Part shown: positions 25,086 to 37,766 of the stretch, one piece after another
How the letters are laid out: the number at the start of each line of letters is the position of its first letter
How positions within the stretch are numbered: position 1 is the first letter of the stretch
NCBI RefSeq assembly: GCF_001194135.2
Contig: NC_068982.1
Location: forward strand, 164,460,227 to 164,524,226
Direction: 5' to 3'
Length of the DNA stretch: 64,000 nt
Origin: Octopus bimaculoides
Taxonomy: Eukaryota
The notes under the pieces: model-generated
Databases searched by the model: none
What the model saw: only the letters and a program-made list of their open reading frames with translations
Told to the model about the DNA's origin: nothing
Translations under genes and position numbers: made by a program

Positions 25086-28000
25086 AGGTTGTACTTCTAA
25101 TTTAAAAAAACACACAGAGCCTTGTCACACATTTTTTCAGACAAATTCTGTTTTAGAATTATGTAAGTGCAGCGGCGTCTTTGGAATGCTCAGCTGCTTA
25201 CTCTTTAATTCAGGCTTCAGGTAACTCACGTGAATACTCATTGTTGAAATTGACAGTGATCCGTGTATATACACACGAAATATATGTTCTGAAAAGTTTG
25301 TATCTACCACCTTTCATTCAGAAATGTGGTCAACCCAAGACTGGAATCAAACCCGGAAAAAACATCAATGTGAATAATAGATAAGGAAACACACTCTCGG
25401 AAACACACACGCGCGTGCGTATCTTAATACACTTACGAAATCATGTTAGGGTTGTAAAGAGAGAAATAAGAATAAACTTTTACTTTCGAGATGATTCTCT
25501 ACTAGAAATAAAATTATTGTTTTTGCATGTCCATGAGGGCTATGGATTCAAGTTACACTTTGCCATAAAACTGAAAGAAATGCATGGTGACTACTTAATG
25601 CATTTGTGAGTGTGAGAAGAGATGCATTTATATAAGAGGCATTAAGTAGATATGGCTTGAAGATGAAAAGTGGACAAAATTAGGTATTAATGGAAAGGCA
25701 TGCAAACAACTTTAAAGATTAGTAGTAAAGAAAATTTTGAACGTTAAATAGTATCTTATATAATGTACATAACGAATATAGTCTCTTAAATAATGGCTGA
25801 ATTATTATTTTATATAGGCTTGAATAAAGATATAATATTCCTATTTGTAAACTAAAGTTTAATTTAATATTGAATTGTAAATATCAATGAAAGTTGTACA
25901 GAAGGAATGAATAGCTACATTGAAAGTGGTGTGAAAAGATGGTAGATATTTGTCTGAGCCGTATCTGTTTGTGTGTGCTAATTACTGCTTAAATGTTTGT
26001 ATATTTGATTGAAAAAGTTTCTCAATAATTCTCAAACTATACTGGTAGCAAAAATTGGCACCACTTGCAGTTCGTATTATTAAATATATAAAAATAAATA
26101 TAAACTAAACAAAATAGGACAGACTAAATACAAAAGTAATGCTTCAAGACAAAAATAACCGTTTTCGGTTTCTCAGCATATATGATTACGAATAAAGCCA
26201 GAATAAATCAACATAAATTTCAATATATCAATCTGCATGAATACTTACAGATACACACACACCCACACGCGCACGCGCGTGCGCGCATACACATACATGC
26301 ACATTTATGTAAATATTCATTTGATGTAAATGTGTAACAATCACATAAGAATACATAAGCAGATACATATCGAAGTACTTATAAATGATAACTAGAATCT
26401 AAAATTTAGAATTTTGTAATCTATGATTACATTTGAACCGGACAAATGATTGTGTGGTAAAAACTACATATATGCTTACGTAAGCTAGTGCCGTCAAACA
26501 TTTCAGTCATTTACACATATTAACTCAGAGGAAAACTCCTACGTAGAAAAGAAAAATATGCATTATATATCAAAGTATGTTTCTTAAAAAATCATCCACA
26601 AAGATTTAAATAGATATGTAATTATATATTCTTTATATAAGTATGATTCTTTTTTCATTTAGATCTTATTAAATAACATATGATACATATAATTCAATAA
26701 TTAAATACTTCAATGTAATTATATTTGTTAGTAAGTGTGGCTCATATTTCAAATGTTTGCTACGTGTATTCATATGTGCTTGCAAATATTTCCTGATGTT
26801 TTTCAATTAACGGGTACATATACTTAGAAACTATTAAAATATTTACCTTTTTAATTAGTAGCGGTACAAGATATTTAATTTTAAATTTTTTATTCTACGA
26901 AAACTAAAAGTAGATATCAAATGCAACGATATGCTAATATATAAAGTCTAGACAATACCGTAATACATTAGAGATATTGAAATGCCGATTCATAGACAGG
27001 ATTCATATAAATATATGTATAAATATAAAACGTATTGTCTGAAATCTGAGTAAGAATTAATTAATCTATTGTTTACATAATGATGCAAAAGTAAAATCTA
27101 TATATGTAATATGGGACTCCGTGCTACGTAATAATACTGAGAGAACTGCGGCTGAGGATAGATAAAATTTATATATCTGGTACAAGAAGAAAACTAAATC
27201 AGATTAGTGACAGTATCCTCTCTTGTTTTTAATAGTCATGTACAAGCAGCGAAATGTACACTTAAAGAACTCAAGTAAGTAGTCAATTACGTAGTAAAAC
27301 TGGTTTAACCATGATATATTAACGCAGAAACCTTTAGGTTTTTACCACAAAGTATGGGACGTTTGCATTCAATTGTATTACGTGGAAGAAAACTATATGT
27401 AGTTCTTTGTTGAAATTTCGAATGTTTATCTAGACATACTTTTGGGCATGCAGGCAAACCTTTCTTCTCTCCTATGCATCACAATATCCTTCTAATGTAA
27501 AATAAAACTTGCCTTGTCAGTAAAAGTAATTGGTGATCTATTTTTCCATTACTCTTCGTTGAAGACGTAAAGTATTCAGGGAAGAGATTGTACATCCATA
27601 TGGAAACTATAGGAAATATTAGATATTAAACATATGCAAAATACAACATAAGATACATTTGAAAGAAAGAAGGAAAACAGCATGAAAAAGAAATAAAATT
27701 GGGTTTCCCACTTCACATGAAAGACAATTCAAATTTTTGGATTATACAGAATATCTGTGTTGGATAAGGTAAAAAAATATCAGTTGATTCTAAGTTAAAA
27801 AGTAAAGAAATGTACTTAAGTTTTAACTAAAATTCATGACGCTAAAAATGATAGTTAATGTTTTGAAAACATTAGTTGCTTTTTCGCGATAAACTCAATT
27901 CCTCTGAGTGAAGAAAAAGATTTATATTGGCCTTATTTGTCTGATATAATTAAACCAATGAAAGATTATCTTTCGGTTGAAACTGTGATCAAACTATAGC

Positions 28001-29062
28001 TTGAAAACGTTTTTGTAGATGCATTAAAATTAATTAGTCTTTGACAGAAAGGGAGTTGTCACAAAGTGATCGATGCATTGGATTCTCATTTGAAATCATA
28101 TACAAAATATAATAACTGACAATATATTTGAAATGTATTTTCTATTGAGTCATTCGTTACACGAAACGCAAAATATTTAAATGTGTTAATGCAAATTTCA
28201 TAATAAAAGGAAACGCTGCTAACCAGTCAGTCTCCCACCAACTCTCTGTCTGTCTGTCTGTTTGATTCTCTCTCTCTCTCTCTCTCTCTNNNNNNNNNNN
28301 NNNNNNNNNNNNNNNNNNNNNNNNNNNNNNNNNNNNNNNNNNNNNNNNNNNNNNNNNNNNNNNNNNNNNNNNNNNNNNNNNNNNNNNNNNNNNNNNNNNN
28401 NNNNNNNNNNNNNNNNNNNNNNNNNNNNNNNNNNNNNNNNNNNNNNNNNNNNNNNNNNNNNNNNNNNNNNNNNNNNNNNNNNNNNNNNNNNNNNNNNNNN
28501 NNNNNNNNNNNNNNNNNNNNNNNNNNNNNNNNNNNNNNNNNNNNNNNNNNNNNNNNNNNNNNNNNNNNNNNNNNNNNNNNNNNNNNNNNNNNNNNNNNNN
28601 NNNNNNNNNNNNNNNNNNNNNNNNNNNNNNNNNNNNNNNNNNNNNNNNNNNNNNNNNNNNNNNNNNNNNNNNNNNNNNNNNNNNNNNNNNNNNNNNNNNN
28701 NNNNNNNNNNNNNNNNNNNNNNNNNNNNNNNNNNNNNNNNNNNNNNNTATTATCAAACGAGGCAGTAACCTTAAAGCTTTTCTGTCTTTCTATCGTGCTG
28801 AAAACTTCCATCTTCTATATATAGGTTTATCTATCTCTGTCTCTCTCTATCTGGCTATCTGTTAGTTTGTTCTCTCTCACTCTCTCCCACTCACTCACTC
28901 ACTCACTCACTCACTCACTCACTCACTCACTCTCTCTCTCTCTCTCTCATACACACCGTTTGGTTTCCCTCTCTCCCTCTCCAGCTCTGAATACTCTCCT
29001 CCCTCCCCTCCACTTACTATCCTCTCTCTCCTTCTACGTACTCCCCTCCTCCTCCCAACTTA

Positions 29063-29983
29063 GGATCCTTCTGATTTGGCGGACACTATTTGTTTTCTAA
29101 CGAAACATTTTCAAACTTGGGATACTGGTAGAATGTGTCATATAAAACATCTTTTTCTCTTAGCCTTGTTAAGAAAAGTTTCTATATTCGAAGTTATTTC
29201 ATGTTAAAAGTTGTCGTATTTCGGTAATTTCAACCAGTCACTGACGTCTATTGAGGTGAAAACAATTACTGCTGTGGTTTGTCAACAACATGTTCTGGCG
29301 GTGTAATGGGATCTTTTCCCTTGAATAAAATTACTGCCGTTGTTTGTCAACAACAACTATCGGTGTTACTGTTATTTATGACATCGTTCGTGCGCTTGTA
29401 CTGATTTTAGCGTTAGTTTTTTAGGGTTCGGGTTTTAGAGTTAGGGTTAGGGTCAAGGGTTTTAGAGTTAGGGTCAAGGGTTTTAGAGTTACGGTTAGGG
29501 TTATGAGTATTTTGGTGAAAATCTGTTCAATACCTCGCCATAAATTTTTCACCAAATTTGTCAAAAATACTCATAACCCTAACCCTAACCCTAACCCTAA
29601 CTCTAAAACCCCAACCCTATCCCTAAAACCCTAAAGCTAAAACCAGTACAAACGCACGAACGATGTCATAAATAGCAGTACCGCCGATAGTTGTTGTCGA
29701 CAAACAACGGCAGTAATTTTATTCTAGGGAAAATATCCCATTACACCACCAGAACGTGTTGTTGACAAACCACAGCAGTAATTGTTTCCACCTCAATAGA
29801 CGTCAGTGATTGGTTGAAATTACCGAAATACGACAACTTTTAACATGAAATAACTTCGAATATAATTTTTTTTCTCTGTTCTATAAGACAAAATATACAA
29901 GTATGCGAAGTTTTAAAGTATTTCGGTAGAAAACACACTAAATAAAAACTAAATAAATGGTGTCCGCCAAATCAGAAAGATCC
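29063..29983. mobile_element. 921-bp palindromic non-autonomous DNA transposon with internal telomeric repeats
   Basis: Termini GGATCCTTCTGATTTGGCGGACAC / GTGTCCGCCAAATCAGAAAGATCC. Flanks CCAACTTA (29055-62) and CCAGCTTA (29984-91). Arms are complementary almost to the centre; spacer ~20 bp near 29523-29543. Confidence 0.85.
29421..29635. repeat. Head-to-head telomeric repeats: degenerate (TTAGGG)n left, (CCCTAA)n right
   Basis: ttagggttcgggttttagagttagggttagggtc... (29421-29502) and taaccctaaccctaaccctaaccctaa (29574-29600). Confidence 0.9.
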
Positions 29984-31685
29984 CCAGCTTATTCCACTGT
30001 CCCCTCATATCCTCTTCATTCCTTCGCTCCCTCTCACTGTCCCTCTCTTTACCCCCAAGAACAAATCGCACATATAACCACACATCAAAAAAAGGGAAGT
30101 TAATAGTGCCTCGAAGATGTCGTCCAAAAATTGGAAGATCACCGATATAGACCTGTTTGTCAGTCCGGCAAGCTGAGAAATCTTCATCTAACGACCTCAT
30201 TACTGCGGTCCTGAAAAGTGAGAGATTCAGCAGATCTTTGACACAAATAGATTGGAAGAAAAATGAATTCATACCCCACTATGCACTCATCAGGCAACAT
30301 TTGGACAAGCTAGATACCATTTTTCAAAATGGTGAATCCTCAGGTGAAGCACCTGACAGAGGGGACAGTACCAATGTTAAAACCCTGTGAGCAAAGCCCA
30401 CTAAGGAAGACAACCATCGACAAGATATTAAAGGCCTGGGAGATGAAGAAATTGAAAACAGAAGGAAAATGAAAATCTCAAATAAAAGCAGCCCCAATAC
30501 CACCTCACAAATCAGTGGAAAAGGCAAAAGAACAAACCGAAAGCCTGATGAAACAGAGTTTAACTCAAAAAGAAAACAAAAGGAAACAGCAATAGAAATA
30601 AAAAAAGACGGTACGTGAAGTACTTACCATTTGTAAATTCAATCTAAAATGTATCAGCTTTTTTGTTCGAATTTTTATCAGCAATTAAGAAGAAAAGGAA
30701 AAAAATATTTAAAAATATGCACATAAATCTCGTAGCCTAGCTTTTTCTTTCTAAAAGGAGTTTTCAAAAAATCTTTTACGCTGGATCGTAGTATTGTTTG
30801 TGTTTATTTAAACAGAATAATGTAGTTTTGGATTTAAAATAAAATGTATTTAATTGGGGCAGATTATACTATATACTAAAGATTTTGTTCTGCAATTCAT
30901 GGCCTCGTTTTCTCTTGAGGGAGTGATTGTTATTAATTTTTTATAATGCAAATGCAAAACCACTCAAACACAGTAACAGAAAAAAAAAGAAAAAAAGAAA
31001 GAAGCCCACGAGAGCCAGACGGTACAACGAACAAAGTATTATTTTAACGCTTGACTGAAAGGATAAATTTTGAAGTTTCAAAACATAGTCTTCCCGAAAG
31101 AAAGGAAGATAAAAGTGAAAACAGGGAGTGATAGAAAGAGACAAAAACAAGCAATTTTTACAAAATGATGAAATGATGTAAATAGGATGTAAATTATTCA
31201 ACTCAAAAGATTGCTGCCATATGATGTAGCACGAAGATGTGTGGTATGGTTATATTCCATACTTGTGGTATTTAAATTGTGTGTGTGTGCTTATGTTTTC
31301 TATGATTCTTTTGTGCAGTATTGATGTTTATGTTGATATTTGTATGTTGGGTGTTTGTGGGTTTACATAGTGTAAGTGCATAGAGATGTTGTGGCTGGGT
31401 GTATTCTTGTGCACGCGTGTGAGTTTGGTTGTTTGGATGGGTGTATGATGGGCGTGTGAGTAGTGTGTTAATTTAAGTTAATGTTGATGTGTGAGCATGC
31501 GCAAATACAAATTACATTCTGCTTAATAGTGTGTGCGTGTGTGTTGAGTAGCCCGAAGTATTTATTCATAATTACATCTATAAGCTGGTTGAGAAAACAT
31601 TAGGAGAGAGAATCAATTGTGAAGATGATGGAGGGAAAATTTACATGTAGTTAGAAAAATAAATACACTGCAGAGAATAACACTA

Positions 31686-31812
31686 CAGAGTGTCCACAAA
31701 GACTGGGTACATGGAGTAAATAAGATCATAACATAAACAATTAAATATAAGAAATAATAATTTTTTAAAGTATGTGTTAATCACCATGTACCCAGACTTT
31801 GTGGACACCCTG
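31686..31812. mobile_element. 127-bp Tc1/mariner-type MITE
   Basis: TIRs CAGAGTGTCCACAAAGACTGGGTACATGG / CCATGTACCCAGACTTTGTGGACACCCTG with 2 mismatches; TA on both sides. Confidence 0.9.
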
Positions 31813-32167
31813 TATAAATCTCTAGATATTGTGTAAGGAGAGGAATGTAGAAGTATAGGCTTCGAGTCTCTGTAACCACCTACTGCCAACTGTTTTTCTG
31901 TCTTCTTGGGGTATTAATCCAATTTTCTAAGCTGTTTTCATAGCTATTCCGTGTTCGATATTTACTTTATTTTCTGTATAATACTAACCCATTCGACTCT
32001 TAATTAACAAAAATGTAAGTTAGTTAATAAAAAAAAATAAGTAGATAAATACCGCACCAAGAGGGTAAAGATAATCCATACTTTTTAGCTTATGACCTGT
32101 TGGTGTCGGTGTATTAAAATGAAAAAAAAAAGGTAAATGCTGAATACACACACACACACCCACATAG

Positions 32168-32224
<57 letters not shown>

Positions 32225-32729
32225 GATATTGATATACGATAGATACATAAATATATTATTCTGGGTTCATGTTTTGAGTTATATTTTATTTGAGCTGTAT
32301 ATACTGATATGTACTAATTTCCTGCTTCTTAGGGTATTTTACGTGTATATACGTTGCATTTATTTAGGTAACATTAAAATAGCTTTACTTTAGAATGTGG
32401 CTTACATTAGCACAGCTTTACGTTCTTGCTTAGACTCCGATTTTCGGAGAAAACTGATTGAAGAGACACAATGGTGTAGAAAATTCCCTTGTCTCATCAA
32501 TACTTATCGTCTATAACGACTTATTATTCTCCGAACGCACAATGCATCAACGTTCTAATCTTCCGAAATATGTTAAAAGCTAACAGAAACATCACTTGTA
32601 TTTTTTTTTTTAATTTTTTTTTTAGGTACTCATATCGCACTCTCCTCTTCAAAAATAATGCACACAATTGTGTATGTACGACTTCGTATATGAAGAGTTA
32701 AACAGATATACAGGTTTATACGGTAGCTA

Positions 32730-32927
32730 TACTCTTTTACTCTTTTACTTGTTTCAGTCATTTGACTGTGGCCATGCTGGAGCACCACCTTCAGTCGAAC
32801 AAATCGACCCCAGAACTTATTCTTTGGAAGCCTAGTACTTATTCTATCGGTCTCTTTTGCCGAACCACTAAGTTACGGGGACGTAAACACACCACCATCG
32901 GTTGTCAAGCGATGTTGGGAAACACAA

Positions 32928-32970
<43 letters not shown>

Positions 32971-33140
32971 CATATATACGACGGGCGTCTTTCAGTTTCC
33001 GTGTACCAAATCCACTCACAAGGCTTTGGTCGGCCGGAGGCTATAGTGGAAGACACTTGCCCGAGGTGCCACGCACGCAGTGGGACTGAACCCGGAACCA
33101 TGTGATTTGTAAGCAGGCCACTTACCACGCAGCCACTCCT
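32730..33140 (-). mobile_element. Full-length tRNA-derived SINE with an internal (CA)n/(TA)n
   Basis: Reverse complement begins aggagtggctgcgtggtaag (A box) and contains ggttcagtccc (B box); same family as 44921-45319 and 51057-51515. Confidence 0.9.
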
Positions 33141-33694
33141 ACGCGTATATAGGAAAGATCCAATGAATCTTAACTATGTAGAAACTGCAGACCCATTAGT
33201 AAAATCTCACATTAATTTACCCTTAAGCGCACCCAACCAAGTTTTGTTAAGCGAAAGTTTTTTTTTTCTGAATACTGAATAGAAATGTTTTGAACAGTAA
33301 TCTCTGAATATAAACCGAAACCGTTGGTGGAAATGAAAAATATTGACAAGTAGTATTGATAAAAAAAAATTGGAATTGGTTATGAAAGGTATTGCAGATT
33401 TTTGTGTCTGTTTCTGTAATCTTTTAAGAAGTTAAAATGCGTTATTTAAGCTACCTAATATAAGAAAGAGTATGCACTTGAGCTTATACATTCTAGGTTA
33501 AATAATAAACTCTCCATACAGGATCTGTAAAACAAGAGATAAAGAAAACGTATAGGATTATGTTTGAAGGTACTTATTTAACACTAATACAACTTGTTTT
33601 GACCATTTACTATTTAGTCCAGTTTCAAGTTGACTATACTGGATCACACACACGTATGTATACGTATACACACAAACACACACATACGCACACG

Positions 33695-33739
<45 letters not shown>

Positions 33740-33929
33740 GCATGTATGTATGTATGTATGTATATATCTAACGCTTTCGTTTCTTTTAGAAAGATTCCTC
33801 ATATATGATATACTTACAGAAAATTCATGCTTTTATATATATATATGCGTGTTCGTAGAAAAAAATTGGAGCTGAACGTCCTTTGTGTTTTTTGAATATA
33901 TATGTGTGTATATATGGTGAATTATAGAA

Positions 33930-35200
33930 GACTTTAACCAAGCCCCCAAATCTTTACTAAATAGATAAGTATTAGTGCAAGTACTGAATGGTTCGACATC
34001 GTGGAGTGTTATTCCTCGATATCCAAAGCCTGCTTAAAAAGTCACCTGAATTTAGTAAACACATGTAACCGGCATCAATACTGATATAGCCATTATAAGG
34101 AATGCAAAGAAGTCACTACTTTTTCATGATAATTCTCATTGGGTGAAAAAGTATGGGGATGAACTATTTGAATAAGCTATGGGGAGTTATGACGGTGCAG
34201 AGATAGCGATTCTAGTTGGCCATTATATCCTAGATATCCTTAAGAAGATAAAATAGCTGACATAGGGCTGTATAAGAACCACGATCTCGGAGTGGTACGT
34301 AACGAAAAATGGACACTATATGGACAAGATAAACAAAGAACTATGCAAATATTTAGCCAACTGAGCCTAGAGATATAATTAACACGAAGCTTTTAGAAGT
34401 CAATTACCTAGAAATTAATATAAATTTTAGCACAGGTAACTTTAGACCATACCGGAAACAAAATCAGGATATCTCCTATATTGACATAGGTTCAAATCAC
34501 AGGCGTGTTTCAAACTTATCCGCTGATAAAGCTACTTTCAAAATGGTTGCCCCATGCTACAACGCTGCATTAGAATGGTCTAACTTTATGAGTAGTATAA
34601 TTTATATTGAACCACATGTAGATAAACCTAACGGACGGATACAGGGAAAACTTTATGGTCCTCCCTCCCATATATAGCATGAATGTAGACACGAACTTAA
34701 CTAGAATATTCCTAAAACTCATAGATAACGACTTCCCTTGCAGAAATACCACAAAATCTTCAATAGAATTACAGTCGAAGTTATCTAAAGTTGCCTCCCC
34801 AATATAGGGTCAAACATTTTTAACGACAATAAAACTCACATTAAGAATATCTCTCCAAAGTCCTGAAATTATAGATCTCCGGATAGCTGTCTCATAAACA
34901 ATAGGTTTTCTGGGGGAAAAAGTAGTATACAAGGCCAGAATTAAAGATTTAAATGGAGCAACACGCCCTTACATTGGAATGACGGGGAACACCTTCAAAG
35001 AGAGATATATGCAGCTTCTGGCTTCGTTCAGAAATAAAACAAAAGACATACACCACCTTTATTCAGTATGGGCACTTAATGAGAAATGAGTGACACACAC
35101 CATATAAACAGGGGGATTATAGCTAGGGCTAGCAAATACATGGGACAGGGCAGCAAATGTGAGCTTTTTAACACCAAAAAACAAATATCGGTACAACAAT
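33930..35200 (+). mobile_element. Degenerate Penelope-like retroelement: RT plus GIY-YIG endonuclease
   Basis: FDIVECYSSIS (33992), AMGSYDGAEI (34179), IGLYKNHD (YRDD-like, 34265), PYSMNVDTNLTRIFLKLIDNDFP, KYHKIFN, VVYKARIK..PYIGMTGNTFKERY (34922 onward). Confidence 0.85.
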
Positions 35201-35214
35201 GCTGAGCGTTTTAA

Positions 35215-35587
35215 CTACTAGGGAGGAAACCATGTCTCCCTGCATGCATAAGCAATAATACCAACATTTTTTCGACCATCTTGAAAACATCTAAACCACT
35301 CGTACATTTGTGTGCAGCTGATACACTCGTCTCCATATACTTTGTGCAACTTTGTGCAAGCGTTTGAGCAGGTATCGCCATGGCAACTTTCTCTGTCATG
35401 GTCAATACGACGATCACACGCTAAACACCTTCCTTGCAAGCACTGCTGTAAATAGCGGAAGTTAGCTAGAATGTTAAAATTTAATGCGCATGCGCAGCAG
35501 AGTTCAATCTTTGCCAAGCGGCTTCACTCTGCATGCTTTAGATTCGTTAGTATGGTAACAGTCCGAATACTTATTGATCATACCTGA
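35215..35587 (-). mobile_element. Mariner 5' fragment, same family as 16881
   Basis: TIR tcaggtatgatcaataagtattcggact; translation CTKLHKVYGDECISCTQMYEWFRCFQDGRK. Confidence 0.85.
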
Positions 35588-36639
35588 TATATATATATAA
35601 CTCTATGCACGAGAGAAGTGAATTACTTTCAGGTCTTGACTGAAGGAGAGCCTGATAGGATGCGATGTATTTGCTCTCCACGAAGATATCTAATAGCGAT
35701 GAAGTGGAGTCCTCTGAAATGAGTTCATATACACTTTTTTGATTTCCCTTTAATATAATCATAATGCGAGTGCAGCTCTCTTGTGTGATGTACATAACTT
35801 ATGCGTCTCCCCTTGATTTTTCAATTAGTGTTAAAACTATTGCCTTTTATGAATTTAATGAGAAAGATTTCGACCGAAATAATAAACCATACAGATAATC
35901 AATCACTTTCTGTCTATTCAAATATAATTAGATTAGAACACATTAACTGCAACAAACGCAGAGGAAGAAGGGAGAGAGAAAGAGACTATGTAGTTGTTTG
36001 TCTTCAACACAGGCATGTATTTGCATGTATAATTCTGAATATATGTTGCATGAGAGTCTTAGATATTCTAATATCTGTACTAAGTCTGATATCAAGGACA
36101 TTCAAATGATATAATGTAAATGAACATGGGATTTCATTTGAGCTTATTGTCAGTATAAATTCATATTAAAATTAGCTGTTAAAAGTGAGCATGTTCCTCT
36201 TTTCATGATTCACAGTTGCACATAATGTGGTTCATCTATCTGTAGATAGTATAAAAAGTGTACTACACGTCAAGTTTTATAGAAACATGTTGGACCCATC
36301 CCTATTATTCACGTTGAGTAAGGAAGTGTAGAATTTAACGTTAGTAAATGTATTTCATCGAAATATCGCAGCTCATATGGAATAAATGCTCACGCTTTTA
36401 TAAATATTAATCTTAACCACTAAGGAAACATAACTGTAATGTGTAGGTTGTTGCAGAGATCTAACCAAAGATAAAACAAAAGACAAAATTTAAAGATAGG
36501 TATAGTCAGTGTCTGTGTTTGTACGGTAAATGTTTGACCACCAAACAAAAGAAACTTAAAAGGAAGTCACTCTACATAGAACTGCGAATGAAAATTCTTT
36601 AGTGACATCGTCGTATTACTTGTAAAATATAGAAAATAA

Positions 36640-36712
36640 GAGAATATATAGATTCACATTAATAAGAGAATATATAGATTAAACATTAATAAGAGAATAT
36701 ATAGATTCACTT
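36640..36712. repeat. Three tandem ~25-bp units (aataagagaatatatagatt.acatt)
   Basis: Read directly. Confidence 0.8.
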
Positions 36713-37713
36713 TATCAGTTTCTGATTTGTTGTTAATCTTTATTCTTAGGTCATACATAATTATACAAACGCATGATTGAACGGATCTATGATAAAATGT
36801 GTTCTATTCATGAAATCCTGTAGTTCATAAATATATATGAATAAACTATCAACTGTTTCCTTCCAGTATGAAGACGATAGACTGCCATTTGACAGATAAA
36901 TTTGTAGCTGATATTCCTAGTAGTTTCAGCAACAGCGTAGCAGCTTCCATTCTCATACGTAAGAGAAACCACATTGAGCTATGTCTGTTTTCAATTGCAA
37001 CGCCATAAATCAGAAAATTTTCGTTGATCAGAGGTGCGGACTTCAACGCCATTTACTGGTAATTCACGCTTGCTATACGCTGATTAGTCCAGTGTGAGAT
37101 TCTTTCTTCATTTATTATCCCAGTCTAGAGTATGCTTGTAATAAAGCGTTTTGCATAGAGATACAATGCAAAGATGTAAAACCATATACAGATATACTGA
37201 TTAATAATGCATTCCTGTTTATATGAATCTCAACACCATTTTTTCCAACAAGGTTTGATAAGAAACAGTGACATGTTTTCGTAGAGTGTGATTATTGTCA
37301 TCTGAATATATTTTAGAACATATTCACGCTTAATGTAAAGGACTACGAGTAAGGCGAGGCACAATGCATCGGTGGAATGTGTTGGAAATAAGAAACGAGA
37401 GCAATGAAGCAAGATATTGAACTAATGTATTTATGTCCGATGTTTTATTGTCCTTGCTACCTTCAATAGATTGTTACAGTATCATAAGTTCAAATATTCT
37501 GGTGGTGATGGCAGCCTTTCAGCAATTCAGTGGTCGATATAATAAGTGGTATTGCTGTGAAGGAAAACATGTATATGTGCTCGGCTAAGTTTGGCATATA
37601 TTAGAGTTGCCTCATATTTGATCGACGACATCTGTGTTAAAGGTTAGCTGATCAGAAATAACCAAACGCAGGCAACAACATATTTATATATACACATACA
37701 CACACACACACAG

Positions 37714-37766
<53 letters not shown>

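Noticed and set aside
27513-27606. Minus-strand candidate exon with a GC donor (SIWMYNLFPEYFTSSTKSNGKIDHQLLLLT)
   Set aside because: Unrecognised peptide and a non-canonical donor; needs transcript data.
29421-29635. True chromosome-end fusion scar
   Set aside because: The repeats are short, degenerate and embedded in a TSD-flanked palindrome, which fits a mobile element better.
31230-31500. Strongly G/T-skewed segment
   Set aside because: Looks like decayed (GT)n-rich or retroelement sequence; no motif could be supported.
36640-36712. CRISPR-like periodic repeat (also aatattcctcagtc x3 near 58370-58415)
   Set aside because: The units are contiguous with no unique spacers, there are no cas genes and the context is eukaryotic.
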